This document shows, piece after piece, positions 33,464 through 43,671 of a stretch of 64,000 nt of DNA. The notes beneath the pieces are model-generated. The model was not told the DNA's origin, did no database searches, and saw only the letters and a program-made list of their open reading frames with translations. The translations under genes and the position numbers were made by a program. Every line of letters starts with the position of its first letter. Positions within the stretch are counted from its first letter, which is position 1. This DNA is from a virus (Duplodnaviria; Caudoviricetes): the IMG/VR virus record IMGVR_UViG_3300020577_012633, positions 59,216-123,215 of that record, one strand, 5' to 3'.

Positions 33464-34012
33464 ATATTCCCTTTTGTTTAGGCAATAAATCTCTAAGTCT
33501 TTATATTCAAGACAAAAAGATTAACAACCTCCAAGGAAATATCTATCAATTATGATGGAATCTATTACCCATATTCCAGGATCTAGGCCAAGGACATACA
33601 AAAATATCCCATAATTCATGCCTATAAACAAAAAGACCGACTCCGCTACCATCAGGAATCTTCGGAGGAGGGCTTTCTATATTTAGGCCATTATTTACAG
33701 ATTCTTCGTATTGATCACGAAAATCTTGATCTGCTATATCTTGTTTTCTTTGGTTCCCGCCCAAGCAATATTCGCAACGACAGCGCCAAGAATATCTACG
33801 ATCCTTGCACTGTCCTTTTTTTCTTGCTTGTTCTTGCGCGTTATATCTACGAAAAAACCAGGATTCTGGAGTTCCATGATATCCACAAAACAACTGACGA
33901 AATCGTTTTTCAGCAACGATTCGCGTTCTAAATCGACGTTCAGCTCTGTTCATTCATTTTTCCTTTGTAAGTTAAACAACCTACAAAGGAGCAAATGTTA
34001 TCCACCTTTTCA

Positions 34013-35251
34013 TTATGACAATTTCCTAACTATTTTAACGTTTTTCTTTCCCTTTTTAATTATCAAAAATTTATCATAGAAAAACTGATTAATTTTTACG
34101 ATTGGTTCATTTACTTTTGCGCCATTTATTGTTATACCGCCAGATTCGATTATTCGAACTGCATCTGATTTGCTAGTCGCTAATCCGCTTTGAATAAGGA
34201 CTGACACAACCGGAACAGTTTCGCTATCAATGTTTGCAGATCCAAGAACCTTACATGCCAACTCAAATTCTTCTTGGGTTAAATTATCCCAATCTTCGTA
34301 GTACATTGATCTAGAAATATTCCTACATTTGTAGGCTGAATCTTTACCGTGAACAAGTTCTGTCATTTCTATTGCTAGCGCATTTTGCAAAATTCTAGCA
34401 GATTTGTCTTTATTATGTAGTTCTATATTTGTATCAAGCTGTTCATCTGAAGACAGACTAAACATTTTAAATACATTTTCAATTTCATCATCTTCAATAT
34501 TCATCCAAAACTGGAAAAAATCCCATACTGAAGTTTTGGAAGAATCTAGCCAAACTGCTCCTTCAGAAGACTTGCCAAATTTTGTTCCATCTTTTTTAGT
34601 TAGAAGAGGGAAAGTTAATCCGAAAACTTCATTCTTTTTCTTTCTACAAAGCTGTATTCCAGAGCAAATGTTTCCCCATTGGTCATTGCCTCCAATTTGA
34701 AGTATGCATCTAAATTTTTCAAATAGCATATCAAAATCTGAAGCCTGAAATAAAGTATAACTCATTTCGCCAAAGGTAAGTCCACCATTTGACAATCTCG
34801 CATGAATAGCTTCATTTTCTAGCATGTTATTAACAGAAAATCTACAAGCAACATCTCTTATAAATTCTAGTATGCTCACATTTTCGTAAAATGAACCATT
34901 AAAAACAATCTGAAAAGGCGCTCCAACAATAAGAGAACACTGTACTGCAATCTTCTGAGAATTTATATGAATTTCATGTTCAGTAAGTTGAGGCCTATCA
35001 GTTCTCCGACCAGTTGGATCTCCAATCATTGCAGTAAAATTACCAACTAAAATTATTGGCATATGGCCATGCTTAGAAAACCTTTTAAGGGTTATCAATG
35101 CAAGAAGATTGCCTACAGTGAGGCTATCTGAAGTTGGATCAAATCCACAATAGACAGGTATAGTTCTATTATCAATGATTTGAGAGACTTTATCAAAGTC
35201 TGAACATTGAGCAATAAGATCTCTAGACTGTAGTTCTTTAAATAAACTCAT
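34013..35251 (-). CDS. tyrS: Tyrosyl-tRNA synthetase
   Basis: YCGFDPT, GDPTG, QIGGNDQWGNI, KFGKS, C-terminal S4 domain. Confidence 0.95.
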   Translation of the reverse strand: MSLFKELQSRDLIAQCSDFDKVSQIIDNRTIPVYCGFDPTSDSLTVGNLLALITLKRFSKHGHMPIILVGNFTAMIGDPTGRRTDRPQLTEHEIHINSQKIAVQCSLIVGAPFQIVFNGSFYENVSILEFIRDVACRFSVNNMLENEAIHARLSNGGLTFGEMSYTLFQASDFDMLFEKFRCILQIGGNDQWGNICSGIQLCRKKKNEVFGLTFPLLTKKDGTKFGKSSEGAVWLDSSKTSVWDFFQFWMNIEDDEIENVFKMFSLSSDEQLDTNIELHNKDKSARILQNALAIEMTELVHGKDSAYKCRNISRSMYYEDWDNLTQEEFELACKVLGSANIDSETVPVVSVLIQSGLATSKSDAVRIIESGGITINGAKVNEPIVKINQFFYDKFLIIKKGKKNVKIVRKLS

Positions 35252-35542
35252 TTTACCTGCCATTCAACTTCAACTGTTTCTGTATCAATTTTGTACTTGC
35301 CAGAATTTGATCCATACAATTCTGTATCAAGTCCTCTCCAACTTAATGCAATGTTGTGCTTTATTGCAGTCTTTACAAGATGATCTTCTGGAACTTCTTC
35401 AATAGGAACAATGTCCCAAAATGATATATTATTTTTTGAAGAATAATTTATAAGTTCGCAAAGAATACTTCTTTTTGCAGTAAGTGTCCCAAAAATTCCT
35501 TGAATTTTTACTCTTCCTGATTTAGGAGGAATTTCAGCCATT

Positions 35543-36301
35543 TTAATTCCTGTTATTTACAACAAATGGTTCTGCTACTTCAAGAAAACGAGTTACCTTG
35601 TCTAAATCAAGTTTAGAATCATCTTCTGAACGAACTCTTCTTTCGACATCAATCCAAATACGAGAATCTCCAGCCACTAACTTGATCTTTTCAATTTGTT
35701 CTGCTACATTATCTGGAGAAAGGCCTCCAGCATAGCCAGTATAAGATTCCTTAGCCTCAGGCCAATAGGATGGAAGGATTCCAGCTCCTCCTGATAGATC
35801 AAACAATGGGCTTGCGATAATCCCCATTTTCTTAGCTTCATCAAGAAGAGAATTATTTACGTTATCCATCTGAAAAATCAAAGACGAATTATATACTTGA
35901 AGGAATTCTATTCCTCCATAGAAAAACTTTTCCCTATTCAAATTGTGAACTTGAGCATGAAAATTAAGCTGAAATCTTTGGAAAGAATGTAAAATATCAG
36001 ACAAATCTGGAACCATAGGTAATTTATCTTTAACAATAGTCCAGTTACCTTCGCAAATATCTCTTACCCAACGACCACAAATATGACCAGATAGATTTAT
36101 AGTATTAGAATGTTTTCTTTCTTTAATTGCGTTTATAAGACTTTGTATCCACGTTCTTGTTGGGAAACGAAAAGATCCTTCGCTACTCTTTGAAAAAAGT
36201 ATACCCCACTCAACAAAAGGAAATCTAATAGAAAGTTCTATTAGATCCTCTGGTCTAGTGCTATCATCTGCTCCCGTAACGGTTACTCTATCAAGTATCA
36301 T
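35543..36301 (-). CDS. TrpF-like TIM-barrel protein
   Basis: VTGADD, VEWGIL, FDLSGGAG, YAGGLSPDNV, WIDVE. Confidence 0.6.
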   Translation of the reverse strand: MILDRVTVTGADDSTRPEDLIELSIRFPFVEWGILFSKSSEGSFRFPTRTWIQSLINAIKERKHSNTINLSGHICGRWVRDICEGNWTIVKDKLPMVPDLSDILHSFQRFQLNFHAQVHNLNREKFFYGGIEFLQVYNSSLIFQMDNVNNSLLDEAKKMGIIASPLFDLSGGAGILPSYWPEAKESYTGYAGGLSPDNVAEQIEKIKLVAGDSRIWIDVERRVRSEDDSKLDLDKVTRFLEVAEPFVVNNRN

Positions 36302-36698
36302 CTTTCTTCTTTCTTTTTCGGATAAACCCAATATCTCTTTTTTACACATTGTTCAAATGGAATAACCCAGGATGTTCCTTCGCTATCATTAAAGGAATAA
36401 CATTCTAAGTTGCCACTATCCCATCCTCTATTCGGGAAGATGTCTCCACCTTCCCAAACAAACGACATTTCTTTCCCTTTATACATAAAAGATAATTCTG
36501 TTCTTATATACGGAGCATCTTGTGGATTTGACACAGATTTAGTATCTTTTGTATCTAATACATTAAAAGAATGAATTGCAAGAATTGCAAAAATTACACT
36601 ACATAACGCAACGAATACATAAAATATTACATTTTTTGTTTCTAACCAATTAGATTTTGGAGTTCTTGAAACTAAAGTTGGCATCGTGAATTTCCTAA

Positions 36699-36835
36699 AG
36701 GGGTTGACGGGACTCGAACCCGCATCTTCTTCGTTATGAACAGATGCTTTCGGCTTATTACGCCTTTTCCTTGGAGTCTTTTCTAGAACTTATGATCACT
36801 AGATTCTAGATATCCCTCGCTTAAGCTACAACCCC
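36699..36835 (-). tRNA. tRNA-Met(CAT)-like with ~60-nt D-loop insert and a weak anticodon stem
   Basis: GGGGTTG/CAACCCC acceptor, T arm GCGGG-TTCGAGT-CCCGT, loop TTCATAA. Confidence 0.6.
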
Positions 36836-37075
36836 GACTTTAATGCTTTTATCTCATTTAAAAGCTTTTCAATTTCCTTTTCTAAAGAGTTTTCAAATTT
36901 TGGTCTTTTGAATACCAGAAATTCAGCAGCAGTTTCTGCGCACATTTCCCAACCTTGCTCTCCTAAAGAGTTGAGCTGTTTTGTGTACTCTACCGTTGAA
37001 GAGGCTCCGGTAATAGATTGTACTACTTTGTATTCCCAAATCATAATTCACCTAATGGAGCCGAGGGGAATCGAA

Positions 37076-37483
37076 CTATTTCCCAGTAACTATAAAAACC
37101 TGCTCAAGCATCAATCGAGTAATCCTAATGCATTCTTCAGCTTGCCTTTTTGTTGAACTCTTAATGTCATGGTTTGCAATATTTCCATGTTTTCTTAATC
37201 TCGTAAGAGCAGGTTTCATTTTCTTGGAAAGAAGATTAGTGTTGACTATAAAATCAACATAAGCAGCAAAATTCAAACCAACTACCGCGCCTTCTTTAAC
37301 AGCAGCATTCATTATCATTTTCCTGCAAAGCATTGTACATGCCGTATAATGCCCACAAGAAAAAGACGACTTAGCTTCTCTATAAAGAGAATCTAAAGAT
37401 TTTGGAAGTCCATTGATATCAGCAGGAAGATATTTAATAAAACTAGTTACTAGTTGTTTGCTTAGATCAGAAGTTTGAGTCAC
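37076..37483 (-). CDS. DUF4145 (HEPN-like) protein
   Basis: YTACTMLCRK, LRKHGNIANH. Confidence 0.75.
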   Translation of the reverse strand: MTQTSDLSKQLVTSFIKYLPADINGLPKSLDSLYREAKSSFSCGHYTACTMLCRKMIMNAAVKEGAVVGLNFAAYVDFIVNTNLLSKKMKPALTRLRKHGNIANHDIKSSTKRQAEECIRITRLMLEQVFIVTGK

Positions 37484-38021
37484 TTTGTTTCTCCGTAACT
37501 GCTTTGCAAAACTCTATTACTTCTTTGTCGTCAAATTTATTTCTTGCGTAGTTGGCAATCACGGAAACAAATCGAACATTCCCTTGTATGTACCCCTTAG
37601 AGCAGTCTATACGATCAAGACTTGCTCTATTTGTTACGGGTTTACTACTCCATTTAACGGTTCCAAGAGGAAGCTCCATTTGCCAACCAGTAAAAGGACA
37701 AATGCCTTTTTGTCTATCCCAAATCTCTTTCAGATATTCAAGAGTTAGAGTGTTTTCTTTTCCTTGTTCTTTTACTCTTGTTCTGATCCTTGCTAAATAC
37801 CAACGAAAAGGACTAAAATCATCTTGTTTTTTACCTTTTTGAAGGTTTTCAGGTCTTGGCTTAAATAATCCATTTGCAAAGTTTTCTTTTGCCGCGATAG
37901 AAGAGGAACAATCTCTACTACAGAAGTGCCTCTTTTTTCTTTTGATTGTTCTGTTGTATTCTGATACGGTTTTCTTAAACTTCACTTTGCATGAGAAACA
38001 TTCACATTCAAAATAATTCAT
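37467..38021 (-). CDS. HNH homing endonuclease
   Basis: CPFTG, ASLDRIDCSKGYIQGNVRFV..N. Confidence 0.85.
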   Translation of the reverse strand: MNYFECECFSCKVKFKKTVSEYNRTIKRKKRHFCSRDCSSSIAAKENFANGLFKPRPENLQKGKKQDDFSPFRWYLARIRTRVKEQGKENTLTLEYLKEIWDRQKGICPFTGWQMELPLGTVKWSSKPVTNRASLDRIDCSKGYIQGNVRFVSVIANYARNKFDDKEVIEFCKAVTEKQSDSNF

Positions 38022-38104
38022 AACTAGATTCCTCCTAGTTATGAATTACTGTATTATAATGGAGCAGTCCTCTAAAAAATGGAGGAAAGCTCATGTATTT
38101 TTAC

Positions 38105-38452
38105 TGGAGCCGAGGGGAATCGAACCCCTGTCTTTAGCGAATCTTTCAAGCGTTACTACAAGTTTGTTTGATGATTTATCTTATCTCAATGTCTATCATC
38201 AACGAACATACATTGAGAGCATTTTTCTCTTATCTCAAACTGACTTAATGAAAAAGGTTTGGGTCAGTTCCAGCAGATGTTTTTCGCTAAACTCATTATC
38301 TGCGTCAAAAATTTAGCGGGTAGCCTTAATTAGGCTGCCATTGCGAGAGTGCTGTTGCCAGCTAGTTTTTTGCATACTTTTTACGAGTCCAGCATGCTCC
38401 TCGACTTGCAACGTTCTTGTCTAATCCCTAAATCGAATACCAGTACGGCCCC
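38105..38452 (-). ncRNA. ssrA: tmRNA, predicted tag (A)GNSTLAMAA*
   Basis: GGGGCCG/CGGCTCCA acceptor with G3.U70, T arm, internal ORF GGC AAC AGC ACT CTC GCA ATG GCA GCC TAA. Confidence 0.92.
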
Positions 38453-39381
38453 TTGTTTTTTGTTCTCTTCAAACGGTTGACCAGCCCTTTTGACTTTCTT
38501 AATCCTTCTGATCTCAAATGGGGGCGGTCATCTCTGAATTCTCGCATCTTCTTCTGCTTCTGAGCGGCCATGAAGTAATCTCCATAGCCAACGTAATTGT
38601 TGGCTAATTAGATTTCATGGCACGCTCCTTTCTGAGATTTATCATCTTACTTCCTTGGTGTTCTAAATGGATGCCTGTTACCAGGCAAGTTGTCTCTTCT
38701 TATCGGAATTTGCTGACCTGGAACTTTATACTTTTTTGATGGAACATAAACACTTTGTTTTGGAATATTGCTTCTTTTGCTTTTTATTGCTTCTTGGGTG
38801 TATTTTATTTCTAGAGGAGGAGGTATTATCTTCTTCAGGTTTGTTAATTTATCGTATTCTTTCTTGTTATTCTTTTTCAACCATTTCGCATATTTTTCAT
38901 TAGTATTTAGAAGTTGAATAGATCTCTCAGCAAATTTCAACATGTCATTTCTATCATCTCTTTGCATTGCGTCATAAAAATATTGAAGGTTCCATTTTAT
39001 AAGATCAGGTTGTTCAATATATTCGACTTGACGAATAGTGACTATCTTTGCCTCATGCTTGATTGTAGGAGGCAAATGCAAAAAACAAGATATAAAAAGT
39101 GCAGAGAGCATAAATCATTGCGGGGCTTTTCAACCCCGCAACGAAAATTCAAAATTCTTCACAGTTTCTATCGACAAGCAATTTTTTTATAACTGCTCGG
39201 AGAGATTTCTTCATTTCGGTTCTACTATTTTCCACCAAAGTTAAACCAGCGTAAAAAGATTTTTCCGTCTCAAGAACTCTATGCTTTTCTTTAAGGAATT
39301 GCAATACTTCTTCCGTTACGGAATCAATCTCTTTATCATCCGGCATATGTGGACCCATACATGGCATTCAAATATATCCTT

Positions 39382-40194
39382 TTATACCAAACAGGTTGAA
39401 CACTCAGAGCAATACTTTGCGCTAGATTTGCAAGCCTTACCGCAAGTAGGGCATTCAACCTTTTTACGAGTAAGAATAGGAGTAACAACCGCATTTCCTT
39501 GAGTTGTTTCGCCCTTCAATTCAAAGACAATAACATGCTTTGTTGGATTAAGACTCCATAGAGTAGTGCTTCCAAAATTTTGATTTACATGAGATCCTGC
39601 AACAGTTATGCCTGCTTCGTTTTGAGAAACAGTATGACCTCTTTTTACATTCGATTCTTCAACTACAGTAGAACTCTGAAAATTTTGGCTCTTTATGCCT
39701 TTAGTCTTTACAGATCTAAGATTATTTAGAGTCCAATTATCAGGACGAACCCAAGTAGGTTTTGTCTTATAATGATCATCAAAAGTTACTAGAGGACGAA
39801 CAGGATAAGTGGGAAGCTGATTTTCGTATTGGAATTCAATACGAATAATTCCATCGTCAATTCTGTCTCCGCGATGATTGCTTATCTTTTCAGTTTTTTC
39901 GATGAAACGAAAAGCGTTCTTAGCAACATTGCCAGAATCGTCTAGGAAACCTTTGATTTCGCTTTCAGAATTTCCATCAATAACGAGCTGACGATTATTC
40001 AGAACATCTTTTCCATCAACTGTTACTCTTACTGCTGCTCTGCGAACATCGTTATTCTTGAAGCGAATACTATATTCACTTCCAAATGGAAGATAAACCG
40101 CTCGGCTTCCTCCATTATTGATTTCGCGAGCAATCTTCCCATTAACTGCAACTACTGCTACCAAGCCTGCTGTATACATCATAGTATACTCCAT
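39382..40194 (-). CDS. Hypothetical protein with C-terminal zinc ribbon
   Basis: CPTCG..CSEC. Confidence 0.65.
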   Translation of the reverse strand: MEYTMMYTAGLVAVVAVNGKIAREINNGGSRAVYLPFGSEYSIRFKNNDVRRAAVRVTVDGKDVLNNRQLVIDGNSESEIKGFLDDSGNVAKNAFRFIEKTEKISNHRGDRIDDGIIRIEFQYENQLPTYPVRPLVTFDDHYKTKPTWVRPDNWTLNNLRSVKTKGIKSQNFQSSTVVEESNVKRGHTVSQNEAGITVAGSHVNQNFGSTTLWSLNPTKHVIVFELKGETTQGNAVVTPILTRKKVECPTCGKACKSSAKYCSECSTCLV

Positions 40195-40278
40195 TTTTTA
40201 GAGCGTTCCGGCTAGCCGCTCAACCTGTTTTAAGCCGGATGGAACTTCTTTGAGGAACAACCTCTTAGAAGCATGATA

Positions 40279-40306
40279 AGTATATCGTCTTTTTTTCACT
40301 TGTCAA
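40279..40306 (-). promoter_or_regulatory. sigma70-like promoter
   Basis: TTGACA-N16-TATACT overlapping the GACGATA motif. Confidence 0.65.
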
Positions 40307-40612
40307 GAACATTTCACGCTCTCATTTCATTTTTTCCAATTTCCTGCTTATTTTTTCTCCTCTTTTTTCCAGTTCAACAATACATTTATGATAAAATGAT
40401 TTTCTATTCTTGAAATTTTCTTTTTTATCCCAAGTTGCATCCAGGTATGCAATCATCATTTCTTGATTCATGTCTAAAATATTTGCACTTGAAAATATAG
40501 TGTCAATTAGGCTATATTGCTGAGCCTTACAAATATCTTCTGTAGCTAAATAAATATTATTGATATCGCCAAGCGAATTCGCCATTAATAGCTCCTTATT
40601 TTTATGGGAAAA

Positions 40613-40740
40613 TGGACGAGAAGGAATTGAACCTTCAATCTTTGATCGGCGGACCTGCAAAGGTTGTCTAGTTTTCACCAGACTGCGAAGTGAGAGCGGC
40701 AGGTTCCTAATTCAATGTTCTACCTTTGAACTAATCGTCC
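40613..40740 (-). ncRNA. tRNA-like RNA with the anticodon arm replaced by a large structured domain
   Basis: GGACGA/TCGTCC acceptor, D arm GTTC-AAAGGTA-GAAC, T arm GAAGG-TTCAATT-CCTTC. Confidence 0.7.
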
Positions 40741-41548
40741 TCGATATTATATGGTATAAATTCTTCAAAATCTTCAATACAAGCTTCATAAGGTTCAAAA
40801 TCTTCATATGCCAAAAATTCTGCATAAATATTTGTTGGAAAACTAGTTACAGAATATTCTGCTATACGCTTCTCTGTATCTGCTGTAAGTTTGTTTATAA
40901 AAGACGGGTCAATCATACAAGGACCAATTTCTTCTTTTATAATAAAATCAAGTTTTTCATGTTTATTATGTGAATTATTTTCCATGTTTTAAATATTTAG
41001 ACCTTAAAAAAGGTTCTGCGCAAGAATCATAAGGTTGCCAACGATCTTTATAAAATGCATCAAGATCATCAATCTTATCATCTATATCGCTATTTGATGC
41101 CCAACGATCAATGTCGTCCCATTCTCTTTTACATTTAGAGGCATCTTCAGTAAGATGATCACACTCTTTAATAATATTCAATATCTTTTTATTATGCTTC
41201 ATTATTTAAAACGAGTTGTTCTTCTTTAATAACATTTATATAAGCCTTAAATATACCAAAATATTTTCGCATTTCTATATCAATTTTGTTTAAGAAAGCT
41301 TCAGCTTTTTCTGGACTATTAAAGAAAACTCGTTCTCCCCATCTATTATTCGTTATACCCTCAGAATAACTCATGCCAATAACTTTACTAGAATCAGGGA
41401 ATTCACCATTTTTTTGCTTGCAAGCAACTAGCCAAACTTCATCTAATAAAACAGAATTTTTATTTTGTGACATATATTTTTTTCGACTAGAAAACTAGGA
41501 ATCAAAAACGTCTCACATCAATCATTCATAGAATCTATATAAAATTCC

Positions 41549-41627
41549 TCTATGATAGCTTCACGATCATTGATAACTATAAAATTTATCTATGGTCGCT
41601 TCACGATCATTGATAACTATAAAATTT
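41549..41627. repeat. Tandem duplication, 40-bp period, 2 copies
   Basis: TCTATG(A/G)T(A/C)GCTTCACGATCATTGATAACTATAAAATTT twice. Confidence 0.9.
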
Positions 41628-42095
41628 GTGGATATTTCATCATTTGTTATTGGAGGATAAAATTTTAGAACATTATTGCTTATTGAAATAGAATGGACAA
41701 TTCCAAAACCTGATATAATTCTTTGACCTTCTAAAAATCCACTATCTCCTAAAGGAATATCATCAACTTCTTTTCCAAAGGATAGAATAGAATAATCTTG
41801 ATTATTCTTATAATCAATAACAAAAAATATAGTTTCTTTATTAGAATTAGAACAATACATAAGTTTAACATTGTCTTTTATATCTAAGCAATGCCAAACA
41901 TTATCTTTGTAAATTGTCGTATTTTTGATTTGTTGTTTAGCTAAATCAATGTAGTTTTTTGGATCAACGTAAAAATAAAGCAAAAATTCTTTAACTAAAA
42001 GAATTGAAACTATTATCCATATTAAAAAACAAAAAACTATGAAAGCAGTTAGATGTATTTTTTTCATATTCCATTCATCGGAAAATATGAAAAAA

Positions 42096-42701
42096 TCATC
42101 CAATTATAGATTCGTCATCAGCATCGACAAGATCTCTCAAGCAAGCTCTATCGTTCTTGAGAAGTTCATCCTGATTAGGAATAAATTCTTCTCCGTTTTG
42201 ATGTCTTTTGAGTAATCTATCATACATTACAATAGATACAGCAGTTGCTAGATTAAGACAATGCCTAGTAGGAATAACAACCCTTCTATGACAATAGACA
42301 AGTTCATCTCTTCTCAAACTTCCATCTTCAGGTCCAAAAACATAAAGAGATTTTTCTGGATGAACAAAATCATGAAGTTGTTCTGCGCCTTCTTTAAGTT
42401 CAATAGCAACAGGAACAACATCTTTAGGAAACATATCAAAAAACATATCATTCTGTAAAAGTTGAACGTTAGAATACCCTTTCATGCGTTCTTCACGAGG
42501 TATTCTTTCTTTCCCATTAGGATCAAGATTTAGTCTATCTCCACTAAACCATACCTGCTTTATTCCAAAACAAGAAGCAATTCTTATAACTGCTCCAACA
42601 TTTCTAGAAAACTTTGGATTTACCAATGCTATAGCAGGAGATTCTCCGACCTGTGGAGCGTTTTTACCAATCAGCATTTTCTTAACAGCATTGTTTGTCA
42701 T
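42096..42701 (-). CDS. SpoU/TrmH family RNA methyltransferase
   Basis: NVGAVIR, FGPEDG, CLNLATAV. Confidence 0.88.
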   Translation of the reverse strand: MTNNAVKKMLIGKNAPQVGESPAIALVNPKFSRNVGAVIRIASCFGIKQVWFSGDRLNLDPNGKERIPREERMKGYSNVQLLQNDMFFDMFPKDVVPVAIELKEGAEQLHDFVHPEKSLYVFGPEDGSLRRDELVYCHRRVVIPTRHCLNLATAVSIVMYDRLLKRHQNGEEFIPNQDELLKNDRACLRDLVDADDESIIG

Positions 42702-43119
42702 ATTTATACTTCAACAAATTCATCAAAAAGCTGAGAACCTAGATCTTCAGGAGAAGGTATATATTCAAAATTTCTAAAATCTTCAATGCTTTTCAATACA
42801 AGATTATCAATATTTTCTTCTTTTGTATGAAACGCTTTTTGGCCAAAAGCAAAAATAGCTGCATCAATTTCGCTTCTGTCTCTTTTTGGGAATTTAGCAA
42901 TAAGGTATTCAGAAAGCCATCTACCTGAAAAATCACATTTCTTAAAATGTGAAAGATTTACATGAGAGAAAAACTTTTTAGCTTCTGGTCGTGTTTCTAA
43001 CAAATCATGCAAAAATTTTTCTCTAATCTTGAACTGTCCAATTTTACCACTGTACAAAAAGTCTTCTTCATATCTAGCAAGTTGTTCACTAGTAAAAATC
43101 GGAACGCCATTACTGATTA

Positions 43120-43671
43120 TCATTGGTTCAATTCCTCTTTGATTTGGTCTAGAACTTTTCTAGCAGCATCAAAGTCGCTTAGTTTCCCGCCTTTTGCTCC
43201 ACGAGAGAAATGGCAAGATTCGCATAGTGTACGCAGCCAATAACCACCCGAAGCTGAAGTTGTGACAGATTCTTTAGTGCCACAATCCTCGCAAATAAAA
43301 CTGGAGCGATTACATATTTCCTGAAGTTTATCGTAAATCTCTTTACAAAGTTCTTGAGAAGCATGATTGAAACCAATATAAATCGTTAGTCTAGCAAATT
43401 TTTCTTTAATCTGTAATATATGTATTTCTGGACATTGATTTCTATACGATTCAAGCATTTGACAAGCTTCATCTAATAAAGAATACCAACCTTTACCAAT
43501 GCCAAGTCCTCCATTCATGGAGTTCATTGGCTTTCCTCTTTTGATAAATAGTTCCGGGTATTTAGCTTGAAAAGCATCAGCAGCTTTTTCGTCTTCTTTC
43601 CACATTTCAGCATCTACACTCATAATAAACTCTTTATAATTTATAAGGCTCACATACACCACAGAAGCCAT
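43120..43671 (-). CDS. Hypothetical phage protein with C-terminal Zn site
   Basis: GWYSLL, QIKEKF..L.IY, CEDCG..LCESC. Confidence 0.6.
   Translation of the reverse strand: MASVVYVSLINYKEFIMSVDAEMWKEDEKAADAFQAKYPELFIKRGKPMNSMNGGLGIGKGWYSLLDEACQMLESYRNQCPEIHILQIKEKFARLTIYIGFNHASQELCKEIYDKLQEICNRSSFICEDCGTKESVTTSASGGYWLRTLCESCHFSRGAKGGKLSDFDAARKVLDQIKEELNQ

Larger units (their letters stand above)
37056..38125 (-). mobile_element. Islet at the tmRNA 3' end bounded by a 21-bp direct repeat
   Basis: TGGAGCCGAGGGGAATCGAAC at 37056-37076 and 38105-38125. Confidence 0.8.

Noticed and set aside
38041-38316. Plus-strand ORFs over RNA genes (also 20636-20842, 40560-40973, 54733-55008)
   Set aside because: Antisense shadows of tmRNA, RNase P RNA or tRNAs
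40613-40740. tRNA-Sec
   Set aside because: No TCA anticodon loop and a short acceptor stem
41549-41627. CRISPR array
   Set aside because: Only two adjacent copies, no spacer, no cas genes
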